A stretch of DNA of 63,443 bases, the filler included, from Folioceros fuciformis (Eukaryota), in assembly GCA_049999805.1 (NCBI GenBank). It is 5 parts of 5 records of this genome, joined end to end, with 100 filler letters (N's around TTAATTAATTAA, not from the genome) between each part and the next. Parts side by side here need not be neighbours in the genome. Positions count along the whole stretch, not along the records: positions 18,150 to 45,159 come from JBNGIO010004006.1; 4 more parts are not named here. One strand, given 5' to 3'. This document shows positions 35,215 to 45,259 of the stretch, piece after piece. Below the pieces are notes generated by a model. The model was not told the origin of the DNA, ran no database searches, and saw only the letters and a list, made by a program, of their open reading frames with translations. Each line of letters opens with the position of its first letter. Within the stretch, counting starts at the first letter, position 1. The translations under genes were made by a program, and so were the position numbers.

Positions 35215-38028
35215 TCAACGCAGGTCTCCGCATGAGCAAAAACCGTCCACAAAGTGGTGGACGCGGTGTGCGTCACGCACTATGATCTCTCGTTTTTCAA
35301 TCCGCGACAGCCTCTTCGTGGCACTGTGACAGTGATTGCACATACGCAGGTTTTTTGTGACGAGCAAAGTTGTACCATGCGGAGTGTTCAGGAGACCGTA
35401 GGCCACAGCCAGTTTCTCAGCATGTCCGCACAGAGTATCGCCATCACCTCCCTCTGTGCCTTCACACGGCAGCACGTGGCGGTCCTCCTCCAACCCCTCC
35501 CTCGCGCTCCTGAGCCTGTAGGAAACGTCGGCCCTTTCTTCTCCAACGCAGAACATGTGAACCCCGTCGCTCACCTCAATCCAAGCCCTTGCGGGCTCTT
35601 TACATGCACCTGCAGACTTCCTTAAGCCTTCTACTCTATCTACGTCCTGCCACCTACCGGCATGTGCGTATGTGTTGGCTAGCATCACATATGCGGCTGA
35701 GTTCTGAGGTTGCAGACTGACAAGTTGGTGGAAGCACCGCTTGGCAAGGTCCACATTGTTATGGCTTTGGCAGGCACGCAGAAGGGAAGTCCATCCCACA
35801 GCATCAGGCTCAAATGGCATGGCCTGCAACATGCTCAGTGCCTCATCTAGGCGGCCCGACCGGCCGAGCAGATCAACCATGCAAGTAAAGTGATGAACCG
35901 AGGGGGTGATGCCGTACCCTTCAACCATGAGACTGAACAAGTGCTTACCTTCTTGTACCAGACCACTGTGACTGCATGCCACAAGAAGAGACGTGAAAGC
36001 AGCAGCATCGGGCGTCACCCCATCCTGCTGCATTTCACGGAAGCACTGAAAGGCCATTTGGCTGTTGCTGTGCAGGCTATAGCCATTCAACAAAGCAGTC
36101 CACGTCACAACATCTCTTGTGGGCAGTCCGTCAAGCACTGCCCTAGCATCCTCCATGCGCCCACACTTTGCGTACATGTCCACCAGACTGTTGGCAGTCA
36201 CAATATCAGCTTCAAGTCCCCTTTCTCGGATCCGAGAGTGAATCTTTTTCCCCAGATGTATGGCTCCAATCCGGGCACATGCTTTCAATAGGCACGCAAA
36301 CAAGGTTGGACTGGCTGGAACGATGCTCTCCTGTTCCATGCTCCCATACAGTGTAAGAGCTTTTTGACAGTGCCCCTGCTCTGTGTAAGCCGTGATCAGA
36401 GCAGTCCATGTCACTACGTCTTTGCAAGGTAATCTATCGAACACGTTACGAGCCTCCTCTACGCTCCCACATTTTGCGTACATTTCAATCAGACTGCTGC
36501 CAACTACCACATCACATTCAACTCCGCTCTCCCGAATCAGGTAGTGGAGCCTCTTGCCCTCACTTAATGCTCCCACATTGGCACATGCCTTCAGGAGGCA
36601 CGCAACTGTGACATCATCTGGTCGTGTGATGCCTGCCCGTTGCATGCTTGCATACAAAGCGAGGCCTTCTTGATCAAGGCCGTGACGAACATATCCTGCA
36701 AGCATGGCATTCCAGGTCACCACATCTTTCACTGGCAATGCTGCAAACACCTGGTGAGCGTCATCGACGCTGCCGCATTTTGAATACATGTCCACCAGGC
36801 TACTGCCGATTGAGGCATTAGCCTCTAGTCCTTTGTCCTGAATCTCACGATGGACTTGCTTCCCTTGAAGTAAATCTCCAACAAGAGCACAAGCCTTTAG
36901 AAGACATAGAAAAGTAACTTCGTTCTTCCCAGCCGTGCCCTCCTGCTGCATGGCTTCGCAGAGAGCGAGGGCCTCTTCCCCAAGCCCATGCTGCACGTAT
37001 GCTGCAATCATAGCATTCCACGTTCCCACGTCTTTGCTGCACAAACCAGCAAACACTGTGCGAGCATCTTCCAGGCTCCCGCACTTCGCATACATATCGA
37101 TCAGGCTGTTCCCCACCACGACATCAGCTTCCAGACCTCGTTCCTGAATCTGCGAATGAAGCTCCTTTCCCCTGTGCAAGGCACCGATGCTGGCACAAGC
37201 ATTCAACAGGCATATGAAGGTGACACGACTGGATTGGGTAATGCCCTCCAATTGCATGGTGGTGCAAAGTGCCAGAGCTTCATGACCGAGCCCATGCTGG
37301 GCGTACCCTCCGATCATGGCATTCCATGTCACCACATCCTTCAAGGGCAATTTGTCAAACACTCTGCGAGCATCTTCCAAGCTCCCACACTTTGCATACA
37401 TGTCCACGAGGGCATTGCCAATAAACACATTGGGCTCCAACGTGCTTGACAGAATGTCGGCATGGATCTGCTTGCCAGCTGTCAAGTCGGCAGCAGAGGC
37501 ACATCCTTTCAGGGCCGCAACAAATAGGTGACTGTCCGGCATCACCGTCGACTGCACTTGCGCCTGTCGGTACAGTTTCACAGCCTGCACAGGTTGTCCA
37601 TGCTCGGCATATGCAAGAATCATGGAAGCCCACATGAAGGCGTTCGGTGCAGCTTGGCTGCTGAATACTTGTCGTGCCTCCGCCAGCAGTCCATGAGAAG
37701 CGAACATGCGAATGAAGTGGTTTGACAAGAAGGCGTTGGAACCGTGCCCACCTGCTTGCGCAAGATCGTGAACCCGCCTGCCTACCGCCAGATCGCCCCG
37801 TTCTATGCAACCCTTAAGGACGATGTATATCACTGTTGACGGAACATACCACCCTCGCTGGACCAAGAGGTCCAAGGCTGTGACAACAGAGGCCAGAACC
37901 ACTTCTTCCTCCCCTTGCCTGTTCCACCATTTACCGATCGAGACGCCTTCACACCCTGTCAACCCGCCAGGTTCAGGGCGAATGAGTCCACCTATCCTGG
38001 CAGCAGACCTGCCCAAAGACGAGATCAT
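35215..38028 (-). CDS. PLS-class PPR protein with DYW:KP-type deaminase-like domain (candidate U-to-C editing factor)
   Basis: Intronless ORF. C-terminus KEPARAWIEV..HMFCVGEERAD..LCGHAEKLAVAYGLLNTP..KNLRMCNHCH..RDAHRVHHFVDGFCSCGDLR. Confidence 0.93.
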   Translation of the reverse strand: MISSLGRSAARIGGLIRPEPGGLTGCEGVSIGKWWNRQGEEEVVLASVVTALDLLVQRGWYVPSTVIYIVLKGCIERGDLAVGRRVHDLAQAGGHGSNAFLSNHFIRMFASHGLLAEARQVFSSQAAPNAFMWASMILAYAEHGQPVQAVKLYRQAQVQSTVMPDSHLFVAALKGCASAADLTAGKQIHADILSSTLEPNVFIGNALVDMYAKCGSLEDARRVFDKLPLKDVVTWNAMIGGYAQHGLGHEALALCTTMQLEGITQSSRVTFICLLNACASIGALHRGKELHSQIQERGLEADVVVGNSLIDMYAKCGSLEDARTVFAGLCSKDVGTWNAMIAAYVQHGLGEEALALCEAMQQEGTAGKNEVTFLCLLKACALVGDLLQGKQVHREIQDKGLEANASIGSSLVDMYSKCGSVDDAHQVFAALPVKDVVTWNAMLAGYVRHGLDQEGLALYASMQRAGITRPDDVTVACLLKACANVGALSEGKRLHYLIRESGVECDVVVGSSLIEMYAKCGSVEEARNVFDRLPCKDVVTWTALITAYTEQGHCQKALTLYGSMEQESIVPASPTLFACLLKACARIGAIHLGKKIHSRIRERGLEADIVTANSLVDMYAKCGRMEDARAVLDGLPTRDVVTWTALLNGYSLHSNSQMAFQCFREMQQDGVTPDAAAFTSLLVACSHSGLVQEGKHLFSLMVEGYGITPSVHHFTCMVDLLGRSGRLDEALSMLQAMPFEPDAVGWTSLLRACQSHNNVDLAKRCFHQLVSLQPQNSAAYVMLANTYAHAGRWQDVDRVEGLRKSAGACKEPARAWIEVSDGVHMFCVGEERADVSYRLRSAREGLEEDRHVLPCEGTEGGDGDTLCGHAEKLAVAYGLLNTPHGTTLLVTKNLRMCNHCHSATKRLSRIEKREIIVRDAHRVHHFVDGFCSCGDLR

Positions 38029-39260
38029 TACCACCAGTGCTCCTGAAGGAAGGAAGCTTAGTGAAAATGACGAATTTCGAAGTTTAGAATTTCAAGTCGT
38101 GTTTCGAGCGCGGTGAAAGGAGGCACAGAGGGTTTGCTGCATCTGCGGTTGGAACAGCCTCCCGTTCCAGACAGAAATCTCTTCCGTTTCGTGCAGTCTG
38201 CGAGCACACAACACGAAGTGCGCAGATGATTTGTTGACGATCCCCGCTGAATACTGAATCAAGGGTTCCCAGATTCTTTTCCTCTCTAGGAACCGCTCCA
38301 CTGTATGCCTTCACTGACTGGGTTCACACACAGGCCTGGCAGCCCGGGTCTGACAGACAACCCAAAGTGGTGGGACAACAACGTAACGCTCATGGAGGCA
38401 TGACAACATCGCGTTAGTGCCATTGACGCAAATGCCTGTTGATGGCACGCTCGACAGCTTCAGTCTGTGTGGCAGAGGAGAAAAGTCGAGAAGGTGGAAC
38501 TCCATGGGGAGCTAGGGCTCTGCACCAGAGACTGGTGGTGGATGTGCAGCACGCCCCCAGGTCGGATGGCACCCCACAGCTGCGGCGACAGGTCCGGACT
38601 GCACTCGCAATTGCACCTCCAATCTGTCCGATGGAGGTGCTTTCGTGCTGGCTCATGGCTCCAGTCAGCCTTTCTTGGAGGTGAAGAAACCTTGGACCCT
38701 CTGATGCAGGAGGGGACTGGACAGGACAGCCTAGATGGTGGCAAGCAAACATTGAAAGACTATCATCGACCTGGCCGTCAGCTGATGGGCAGAAGTAATC
38801 CTCTTGAAGAAGAATCCGCGCTCTGCCGTTGCGCATACCTGGGCTGCCAGGTCCTTCATCTCTCCTTCTGCACCTTCTTTCCACGTTCTCGAGAAGTACT
38901 GTATGCTCGTAGCACAGGACGATCCGGTTTCCAGCAGGCGTGCTCACGGGGGTCATGCCCTCGCAATCAAGTGTGATACCGACTCCCGAGGCAAACATAA
39001 TGCAATGCTTCTGGTGGATCACATAATCCGCACGAATTCAAGCCTTTTGGTTGGCCCGGCGGCCAACCTGCCTGGACCTGGGAAAGGCCAGCCTACTCTA
39101 CTGTACAGTATGTATTGTATTACACATATTACAGATTACCTCCGTCAGGTGACGTGCTCGAAGCAAAAAAAAGCTCGCGGCGAACTCATACTCTGGATCT
39201 CTCCCTCTACTTTATCGACATATGTATCCTTCTTGTGAAAGGACGCTGTGGGATAGTGCC

Positions 39261-40106
39261 ATGGCGGTGGCGTCTGCTCTGGCCATGAGCTCCTTGGTTT
39301 CCAGCAGCTGCCGCCTGCGACCGTTGGCAGGGGCAGGTCTGTTTCCAGGCCGACTGGTAGAAGCAAAATTTTTCTCCATTCACCCCGTTGAGAGGAGACG
39401 TCGCAGCCGACGTCCGGCCCGTGCCCTCTTCGGTACGACGAGCCATGGAGTGGCACTCGTTTTGTTGCTTACCGTTCTCCAACATCCCTTCTGCTATAAA
39501 GCTTGTGTGGCTTGCTTCCGTAGGTGGAGAGGGTGGTGGGAGCGGGAAGGAAGATAAGAAAAAGTTCATCAGCAAGGAGGAAGAACCGGAGCAGTAAGCA
39601 AGCATCGTGTGCCTATCTCTCTGCGCTGCTTGCGTGCCTGCCTCGTGGCCAGATGATCTACGAGGGCCGGAGCATACATACGTTCCGTTGTGTTCCTCAG
39701 CGTATGCAGGTGGAGAATGGGATGCTGTGCTTTCTCTTCTCTGCCTGCCCGCGGCCTCGGCCTCGGCCTTGGCCTTGGCCTCGGCCTGGGCCTTGGCCTC
39801 GGCCTCGGCCTTGGCCTTGGCCTTGGCCTTGGCCTTGGCCTTGGCCTTGGCATTGGCCTTGGCATTGGCCTCGGCCTCGGCCTCGGCCTTGGCCTTGCCC
39901 GCCCTCTTCACTGCTTTATCTCGATCCCACTCACCCGTCTGCTCCGTTTCCCCCGCTGCAGGTACTGGCAGACTGCAGATGAGAAGGCCGGCAAGGGACC
40001 TATGTCGTCCCCCCTGCCCTACATTGCGATTCTAGGACTTCTGTTCCCGTTTATTATTCTTGGAATCGCCTTCGCCAATGACTGGATCAAGATCCCAGTC
40101 CGTTAG
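39261..40106 (+). CDS. Small conserved plastid-targeted membrane protein of unknown function, 128 aa; exons 39261-39432, 39524-39593, 39962-40106
   Basis: Ser/Arg-rich transit-peptide-like N-terminus and phase-consistent GT-AG introns. The C-terminus KKKFISKEEEPEQYWQTA..PLPYIAILGLLFPFIILGIAFANDWIKIPVR is recalled as conserved in plants. Confidence 0.85.
39752..39897. repeat. Intronic hexamer microsatellite (GGCCTY)n, ~24 units
   Basis: Directly visible in intron 2 of the 39261 gene. Confidence 0.95.
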
Positions 40107-41650
40107 TCTGAGCATCCACGCGAAAGGGAAAATGTGCTCTGCGCTGCATTTTGAGAACAGTTTAGGGCTAGACTGTCTCCTGTCGGAGTGTACTTCTCTC
40201 ACGGGCCCAGCTATACGTGAGGCCTCGGAAAGTTGTGAAAGCCAACTTGTGAGGCGAGAGTGGAGTGTACATTATACGAAGCAGTCGCCAGTAATGGCAG
40301 CATCGCTTTGCACATGTCTGAAGGCCTTTCAGCCGATGCCGCTGCGGTGGTCCGAGTATGCCCCTGTCCTGGTCGAACAGATGGAGGTGTCTGTGTAGAA
40401 GTACATGTATCCAGTAGTTGCCCCGGGCATTTAATGATTTCACTTCATGCAGACCGCTGAGCGCTTGAATCGAAGCAATACGAGTGTGCCAGGCGGAGCG
40501 AAAGTTCTGGAAGAATCGCTGGATGTCAGCTGCGTTGAATGATGCTTATGAGTGGGTGCGCAGACACCGGCTTGGCTCTGAGGAAGAGGTTCAGCCGGCA
40601 TGACCATCCATGCGGGCTGCTTCGCGGCCTCTAAAGTTTGTGAAAGGATTGCTCTCAAGGTTGCTACAGAACGGGAAGGTGACAGCAGCAAGCCGCCTGT
40701 CTCCCGCTGCTGGCTTCTTGATAGCAGATGGGAATAGGAGGCAATCAAGACTTTTCCGCAGAAAGAGGTCCCAACTCCGAGAAGGAAACCTAGGGCCAGA
40801 TAACTATACATCCCCTCCTGAAGTGACGGCCACCACGAGTTAGCACACAGGGCGCACTGTATCTATTCATCGGACGAGGACAACAAGCTCGATGGAATCT
40901 GGCCATGAAGGCCTCGAATGCAGTTGCTTTGCGTTTTACCCCACACCGTTCTGATGGATGGGTGCAGTCAAATCGTTTGAGCTGCACGCACAGCGCAGTT
41001 GTCTTCTAGCTTGTCCCTCCCGCCGAAACTCACGCAAGCAAGGTTGATCATGACAAGCACAGATTCCAACCATAATCAAGAGGCATAATCAATCCTGCAG
41101 CAGATGCAGATTCATGCCATTGGTTGCCGTGTCGATCATGTCTCTGCCTATATGTTCTTCAGCTAGGTGGAGCTGGCGTCTCTGTTTGCTCCATCTTGAA
41201 GCTCTCACACGCACTATGCTCCTCTTTGTCTGATTTTCGCAACTCGCTGGTGGATGTATCGAGAAACTTTCCCGCACGGGATTACATGTTTTGCCGACTT
41301 GTTTTACTATATATGCATGGATGTGATAGTGTTCCCACTCGTTCAATCCCGACTTCTGCTTTCCAACAGTCTGCTTGATTGCGGTGGATCAGGCACGTCT
41401 CGTCTCGTCTCATCTCGTCGTGTGGCTGATTTTTAGCCGGCAAGCTATTTCATTGAGGCGGGGCTCTGCAGCATTGCAGGATCGACTCGCAGTTTCTAGC
41501 ATTCGGGTCTGGATACTATTGTATTCCAGGTATGGAGGGGATGGATTGGATTTGTCTTCGGTTTTGGTCCATCTTGTCCGTTTCGTGGCCTCACTGTCGG
41601 CTTCATTTTCTGTGTGTATCCCCGCAGTTTGGAATTGACGCAGCTGCAAG

Positions 41651-42201
41651 ATGTCCGGCCGAGGTTTCTTCGCTAGGGTCATGCAGTATGTGGTGAATGA
41701 GATGCTGGTGGATCGTCTTGCTAACAAGTAAGGCTTCCTGCGAAAGCTTTTGCGAATCTGTTGCTGGTACCCTTTTTGCTAGGATATTTTGCTGAAGGAT
41801 TGCCTTTCAAGGGTGACAGTGAAATAAATTTGAGTGGTTGGTGGGACGTGCAGTCCTTGGTTTCAACGGTTTGCTGTGCGATCCTCGAAGAAGCTCGACG
41901 AGCTTGCACTGAAAGGTTAGGTCGGGTTGGGTTATGTTAGGCTAGGCTAGCTTCACAGGCAAAATTTTGGAGTTTTCTGGCTCGTAGTAGCTGGGTGGCT
42001 AACCGGGATGTCCTATGTGACAGGCCAAGAAACTAAAGCGGAAGTGGCCGAGCAAGTGAGGCGGTTCTCCGAAAGCTTCAGGGCAGAGGTTTGCGTGTTC
42101 GCAATTGTGACCTCAGATGCGGTTCCACGTCTCAGACTCTTAACTTTGTGCTTTCACTGAACGTGCAGGTCTCTCGAAGCTTTAGAGATTTGGACAGGTG
42201 A
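41651..42201 (+). CDS. 78-aa small protein, NCBP2AS2/Mrx7-like; exons 41651-41727, 41854-41915, 42024-42088, 42169-42201
   Basis: The spliced product is MSGRGFFARVMQYVVNEMLVDRLANNPWFQRFAVRSSKKLDELALKGQETKAEVAEQVRRFSESFRAEVSRSFRDLDR. All three introns are GT-AG and in phase. It is absent from the ORF track. Confidence 0.82.
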
Positions 42202-42480
42202 GATGCGGCTCTAGCAGTCCCTTCGAATTCAGAGGGCACACCCCTGAACCCGAAGGGAGTGTAAGGTTTTCGAAGGGAGTTTGATCACAGCACACCTGAC
42301 GAACCTTGATGAGATTGAAGCTCCACGCATACGCGGGTGGCCCTTCACATCATATCAAGCGATGCTTCGTGGAGGAGCGAAGTCTGGGAAGAAAGATGGT
42401 AGAGCACATGGGTGCCATAAACCCTAAACCCACGGAGCTAGAAACCCATGTCTGGTAACCAGGTCTGCTGATCTCCCGCC

Positions 42481-44925
42481 TCAACATCCAGCATCTGTGA
42501 GGCCACCATTGTACCCCACCTGCTTCAGATGTGTACTTAAATGATCCAGCACAGCGTACACCATTGGCTCATGTTCATGCCTGCGATCGCCCACGAGGAA
42601 TGTGTGCAAATGCTGTTCATGCTGGATCCAGCTCTGGCCAGGGGTCTTGCATGCACCTGCACAAAGTCTCAGAGTATTCACTTCCTGCGCGCAGTCCCAA
42701 AATCCAGCATTCGTATAGATGTTTGCCATGAGCACATAAGCCGCCGAGTGCTGCGGTTCCAGACCCACAGCACCGTGGAAGGCACGCTTCCCAAGCAACA
42801 CGTTACCATGCTTTTGACAGGCACCCAGCAAACACAACCACAGCGTCAAATCGGGTTCCATGGGCATCTGCGAAAGCATAACGTCTGTGAGGCTGAAGAG
42901 CCCAGCACGGCTGACCATATCGATGACGCAAGCATAATGCTCCAGCTCCACACAAATTCCATGCTCCCTGCTCATGTGTCCGAACAACTCCAGTCCTTTC
43001 TCCACCATGCCGGCATGAGCACATGCCAATAGCAACGAGACGAATGTGACTCCGTTTGGTTTCACTCCTCTCCCACACATTCTGTCGTAGCACTCCACAC
43101 TCAACCCAAAGCTTCCTTGGCGAGCGTAACCAGCAATCAGCGCAGTCCACGATATGACATCAGGCTGGGGCAATGAGTCAAACACGTTCTGAGCATCCTG
43201 CATGCTCCCACACTCGCTGTATGCATGAATGAGACTGTTTGCCACACAAAGACGCTGCTCCAACCCACTCTCTCGTATCCTCCCATGGATCTGCGCACAG
43301 GTGCTTAAGGCCCCTGCACGACTGCACGCTTCCAAGATACACACAAACGTGCCCTCATCTAGAATCATGCCCGTTGCCTCCAACTGGCCATAAAGTTGCA
43401 AGGCTTTTTCTCCTTGTTCCTGCTGGGCATATGCCGAAATCATGGCAGTCCAAGACACCAAATCATGCTTGGACAAAGAGTGGAACACCCGCTCTGCATC
43501 CTTGATGCTCCCACACTTTGAATACATACATATGGCTGCACTGTTGACAAAATCATCTGATCCAAATCCCATTCTCATAGCCTCCGAATGGACTTCCTTG
43601 CCCTGCCGCAGTGAGTCTACCTTCACTAACCTACCATCCACAAGAACTCCTTTCTCCTTGTCTGCAATCATGCCACAACCCTGGAGACTGCTGACAAAGG
43701 CCCATACATCTAGACTCAAACCCTCGTCCCTCATTTGCCGATACATCTGCACGGCCTCTCTTCCTAGGCCCTGCTGGCAAAATGCTGTCAACATGGCAGT
43801 CCACGACACCACATCTCGCTTTGCACTCGAATTGAACACCTGTCGTGCATCCATGACACTCCCGCACTTCGCATACACGGTTACCAAGATGCTAGTCACA
43901 AACGCATCCGCCTGGAAACCCATTGGAGCAGCTGCAGCATGCAGTTCCTTTCCGGTGTGCATTGACTTCAGCTTCACATTCAGCCCATCCACAACTGTGC
44001 TTTCCTCCTCTGCCGCAAGACTCCCACATGCTCGAAGGGCACTCACAAACGTTCGCGCATCTGGGCTGACCCCTTCCCTCTGCATCTGCGAGTACGTCTG
44101 CAAGGCCATTTCAGCATCCCCCTGATGATTGTATCCTGCGAGCATCGCATTCCAGGTCACCATAGTCCGCACAGATAACCTATCGAACACTTGCTGTGCA
44201 TCCACAATGCTGCCACACTTAGCATACATACTAACCAAACTGCTGCCAACAAAAGCATCCGACTCACATCCATACCTTGCAACCGCAGCGTGAATGCGCC
44301 TGCCCTGCTCCAGATCCCTGGCCCTGCTGCATGCTTTCAGTAAGCTGACAAACGTGTAGTTGTTGGGCTGCACGCCTTCCTGTTGCATGTGCTGGAAACA
44401 TGACAGAGCCTCCCGACACTGGCCCCTGTCGCTGTACCCTGACACAAGGGCCGTCCAAGAGAAGGAGGTTCGCTGTGGCAAGCTCCAGAACAGCTGGACT
44501 CCCTCTGCAAAGCTCCCAGCGCCAACAAGCGCGGCGACCAGAAGCTCTCCCACGCAGGCGTTGCAATCCAAGCCGTACTTTGCCAGATGAGCATGTATGC
44601 ACCTGACCTGGGCCTGGGCCTGGGCTCGGGCTTGGGCAAAGCCTTTCTTTTTCTGTTGCAAGCACACCTGCAACAAGCTCTTACACACGTGCACGGAAGG
44701 GGTACTCCCCTGCTGTTCCATACAAGCCAGCACAGCCAATGCCTCCGTCATCTTTCCAGCCTTGCACAAATTCTCAACTTGCCGTGCATGATCCGCACAC
44801 CGAGGTTGGTCTCTGTTACCAATCAAGAGACAATATGTCAGCGGCGTGGAGGAGGCGGTGAGGAGCCATGAAATGCGTATGTATACACACAAAAACAGAG
44901 ACATTAAAGGCAACAACAAGCACAC
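42481..44925 (-). CDS. PLS-class PPR protein, E/E+ type (PG box, no catalytic DYW part)
   Basis: 814-aa ORF ending KTPGQSWIQHEQHLHTFLVGD..LKQVGY. Two L motifs carry ~17-aa insertions. The start is uncertain. Confidence 0.92.
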   Translation of the reverse strand: MCLLLPLMSLFLCVYIRISWLLTASSTPLTYCLLIGNRDQPRCADHARQVENLCKAGKMTEALAVLACMEQQGSTPSVHVCKSLLQVCLQQKKKGFAQARAQAQAQVRCIHAHLAKYGLDCNACVGELLVAALVGAGSFAEGVQLFWSLPQRTSFSWTALVSGYSDRGQCREALSCFQHMQQEGVQPNNYTFVSLLKACSRARDLEQGRRIHAAVARYGCESDAFVGSSLVSMYAKCGSIVDAQQVFDRLSVRTMVTWNAMLAGYNHQGDAEMALQTYSQMQREGVSPDARTFVSALRACGSLAAEEESTVVDGLNVKLKSMHTGKELHAAAAPMGFQADAFVTSILVTVYAKCGSVMDARQVFNSSAKRDVVSWTAMLTAFCQQGLGREAVQMYRQMRDEGLSLDVWAFVSSLQGCGMIADKEKGVLVDGRLVKVDSLRQGKEVHSEAMRMGFGSDDFVNSAAICMYSKCGSIKDAERVFHSLSKHDLVSWTAMISAYAQQEQGEKALQLYGQLEATGMILDEGTFVCILEACSRAGALSTCAQIHGRIRESGLEQRLCVANSLIHAYSECGSMQDAQNVFDSLPQPDVISWTALIAGYARQGSFGLSVECYDRMCGRGVKPNGVTFVSLLLACAHAGMVEKGLELFGHMSREHGICVELEHYACVIDMVSRAGLFSLTDVMLSQMPMEPDLTLWLCLLGACQKHGNVLLGKRAFHGAVGLEPQHSAAYVLMANIYTNAGFWDCAQEVNTLRLCAGACKTPGQSWIQHEQHLHTFLVGDRRHEHEPMVYAVLDHLSTHLKQVGYNGGLTDAGC

Positions 44926-45259
44926 ATCACCTGGAAGGAAGAGGAATCTCCCGCAGTAACTGAGCTTGCAGCATCGTGAGCAAGCATTCGCGAAGTGGCT
45001 AATTGTTCTGAGACACTAACAACAGCCTCTGTGGAACCCTTCACAATGCAGACCTCTGCAATTCAAGACAGGCCATGCCTTCTTGATTGTCCCATTTCGT
45101 CTGTTGCTCTTACACTGCTGACTGCTATGCATTGGGAAAATGACAACCAGTACATCTTTNNNNNNNNNNNNNNNNNNNNNNNNNNNNNNNNNNNNNNNNN
45201 NNNTTAATTAATTAANNNNNNNNNNNNNNNNNNNNNNNNNNNNNNNNNNNNNNNNNNNN

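Noticed and set aside
38414-39022. 202-aa minus-strand ORF upstream of the DYW:KP gene
   Set aside because: No recognisable motifs, and overlapping ORFs occur in several frames as expected in GC-rich UTR or intergenic DNA.
39207-40035. Poly-AK, poly-PR, poly-GL and poly-AL ORFs
   Set aside because: These are by-products of an intronic GGCCTY hexamer repeat, which has no stop codons in any frame.
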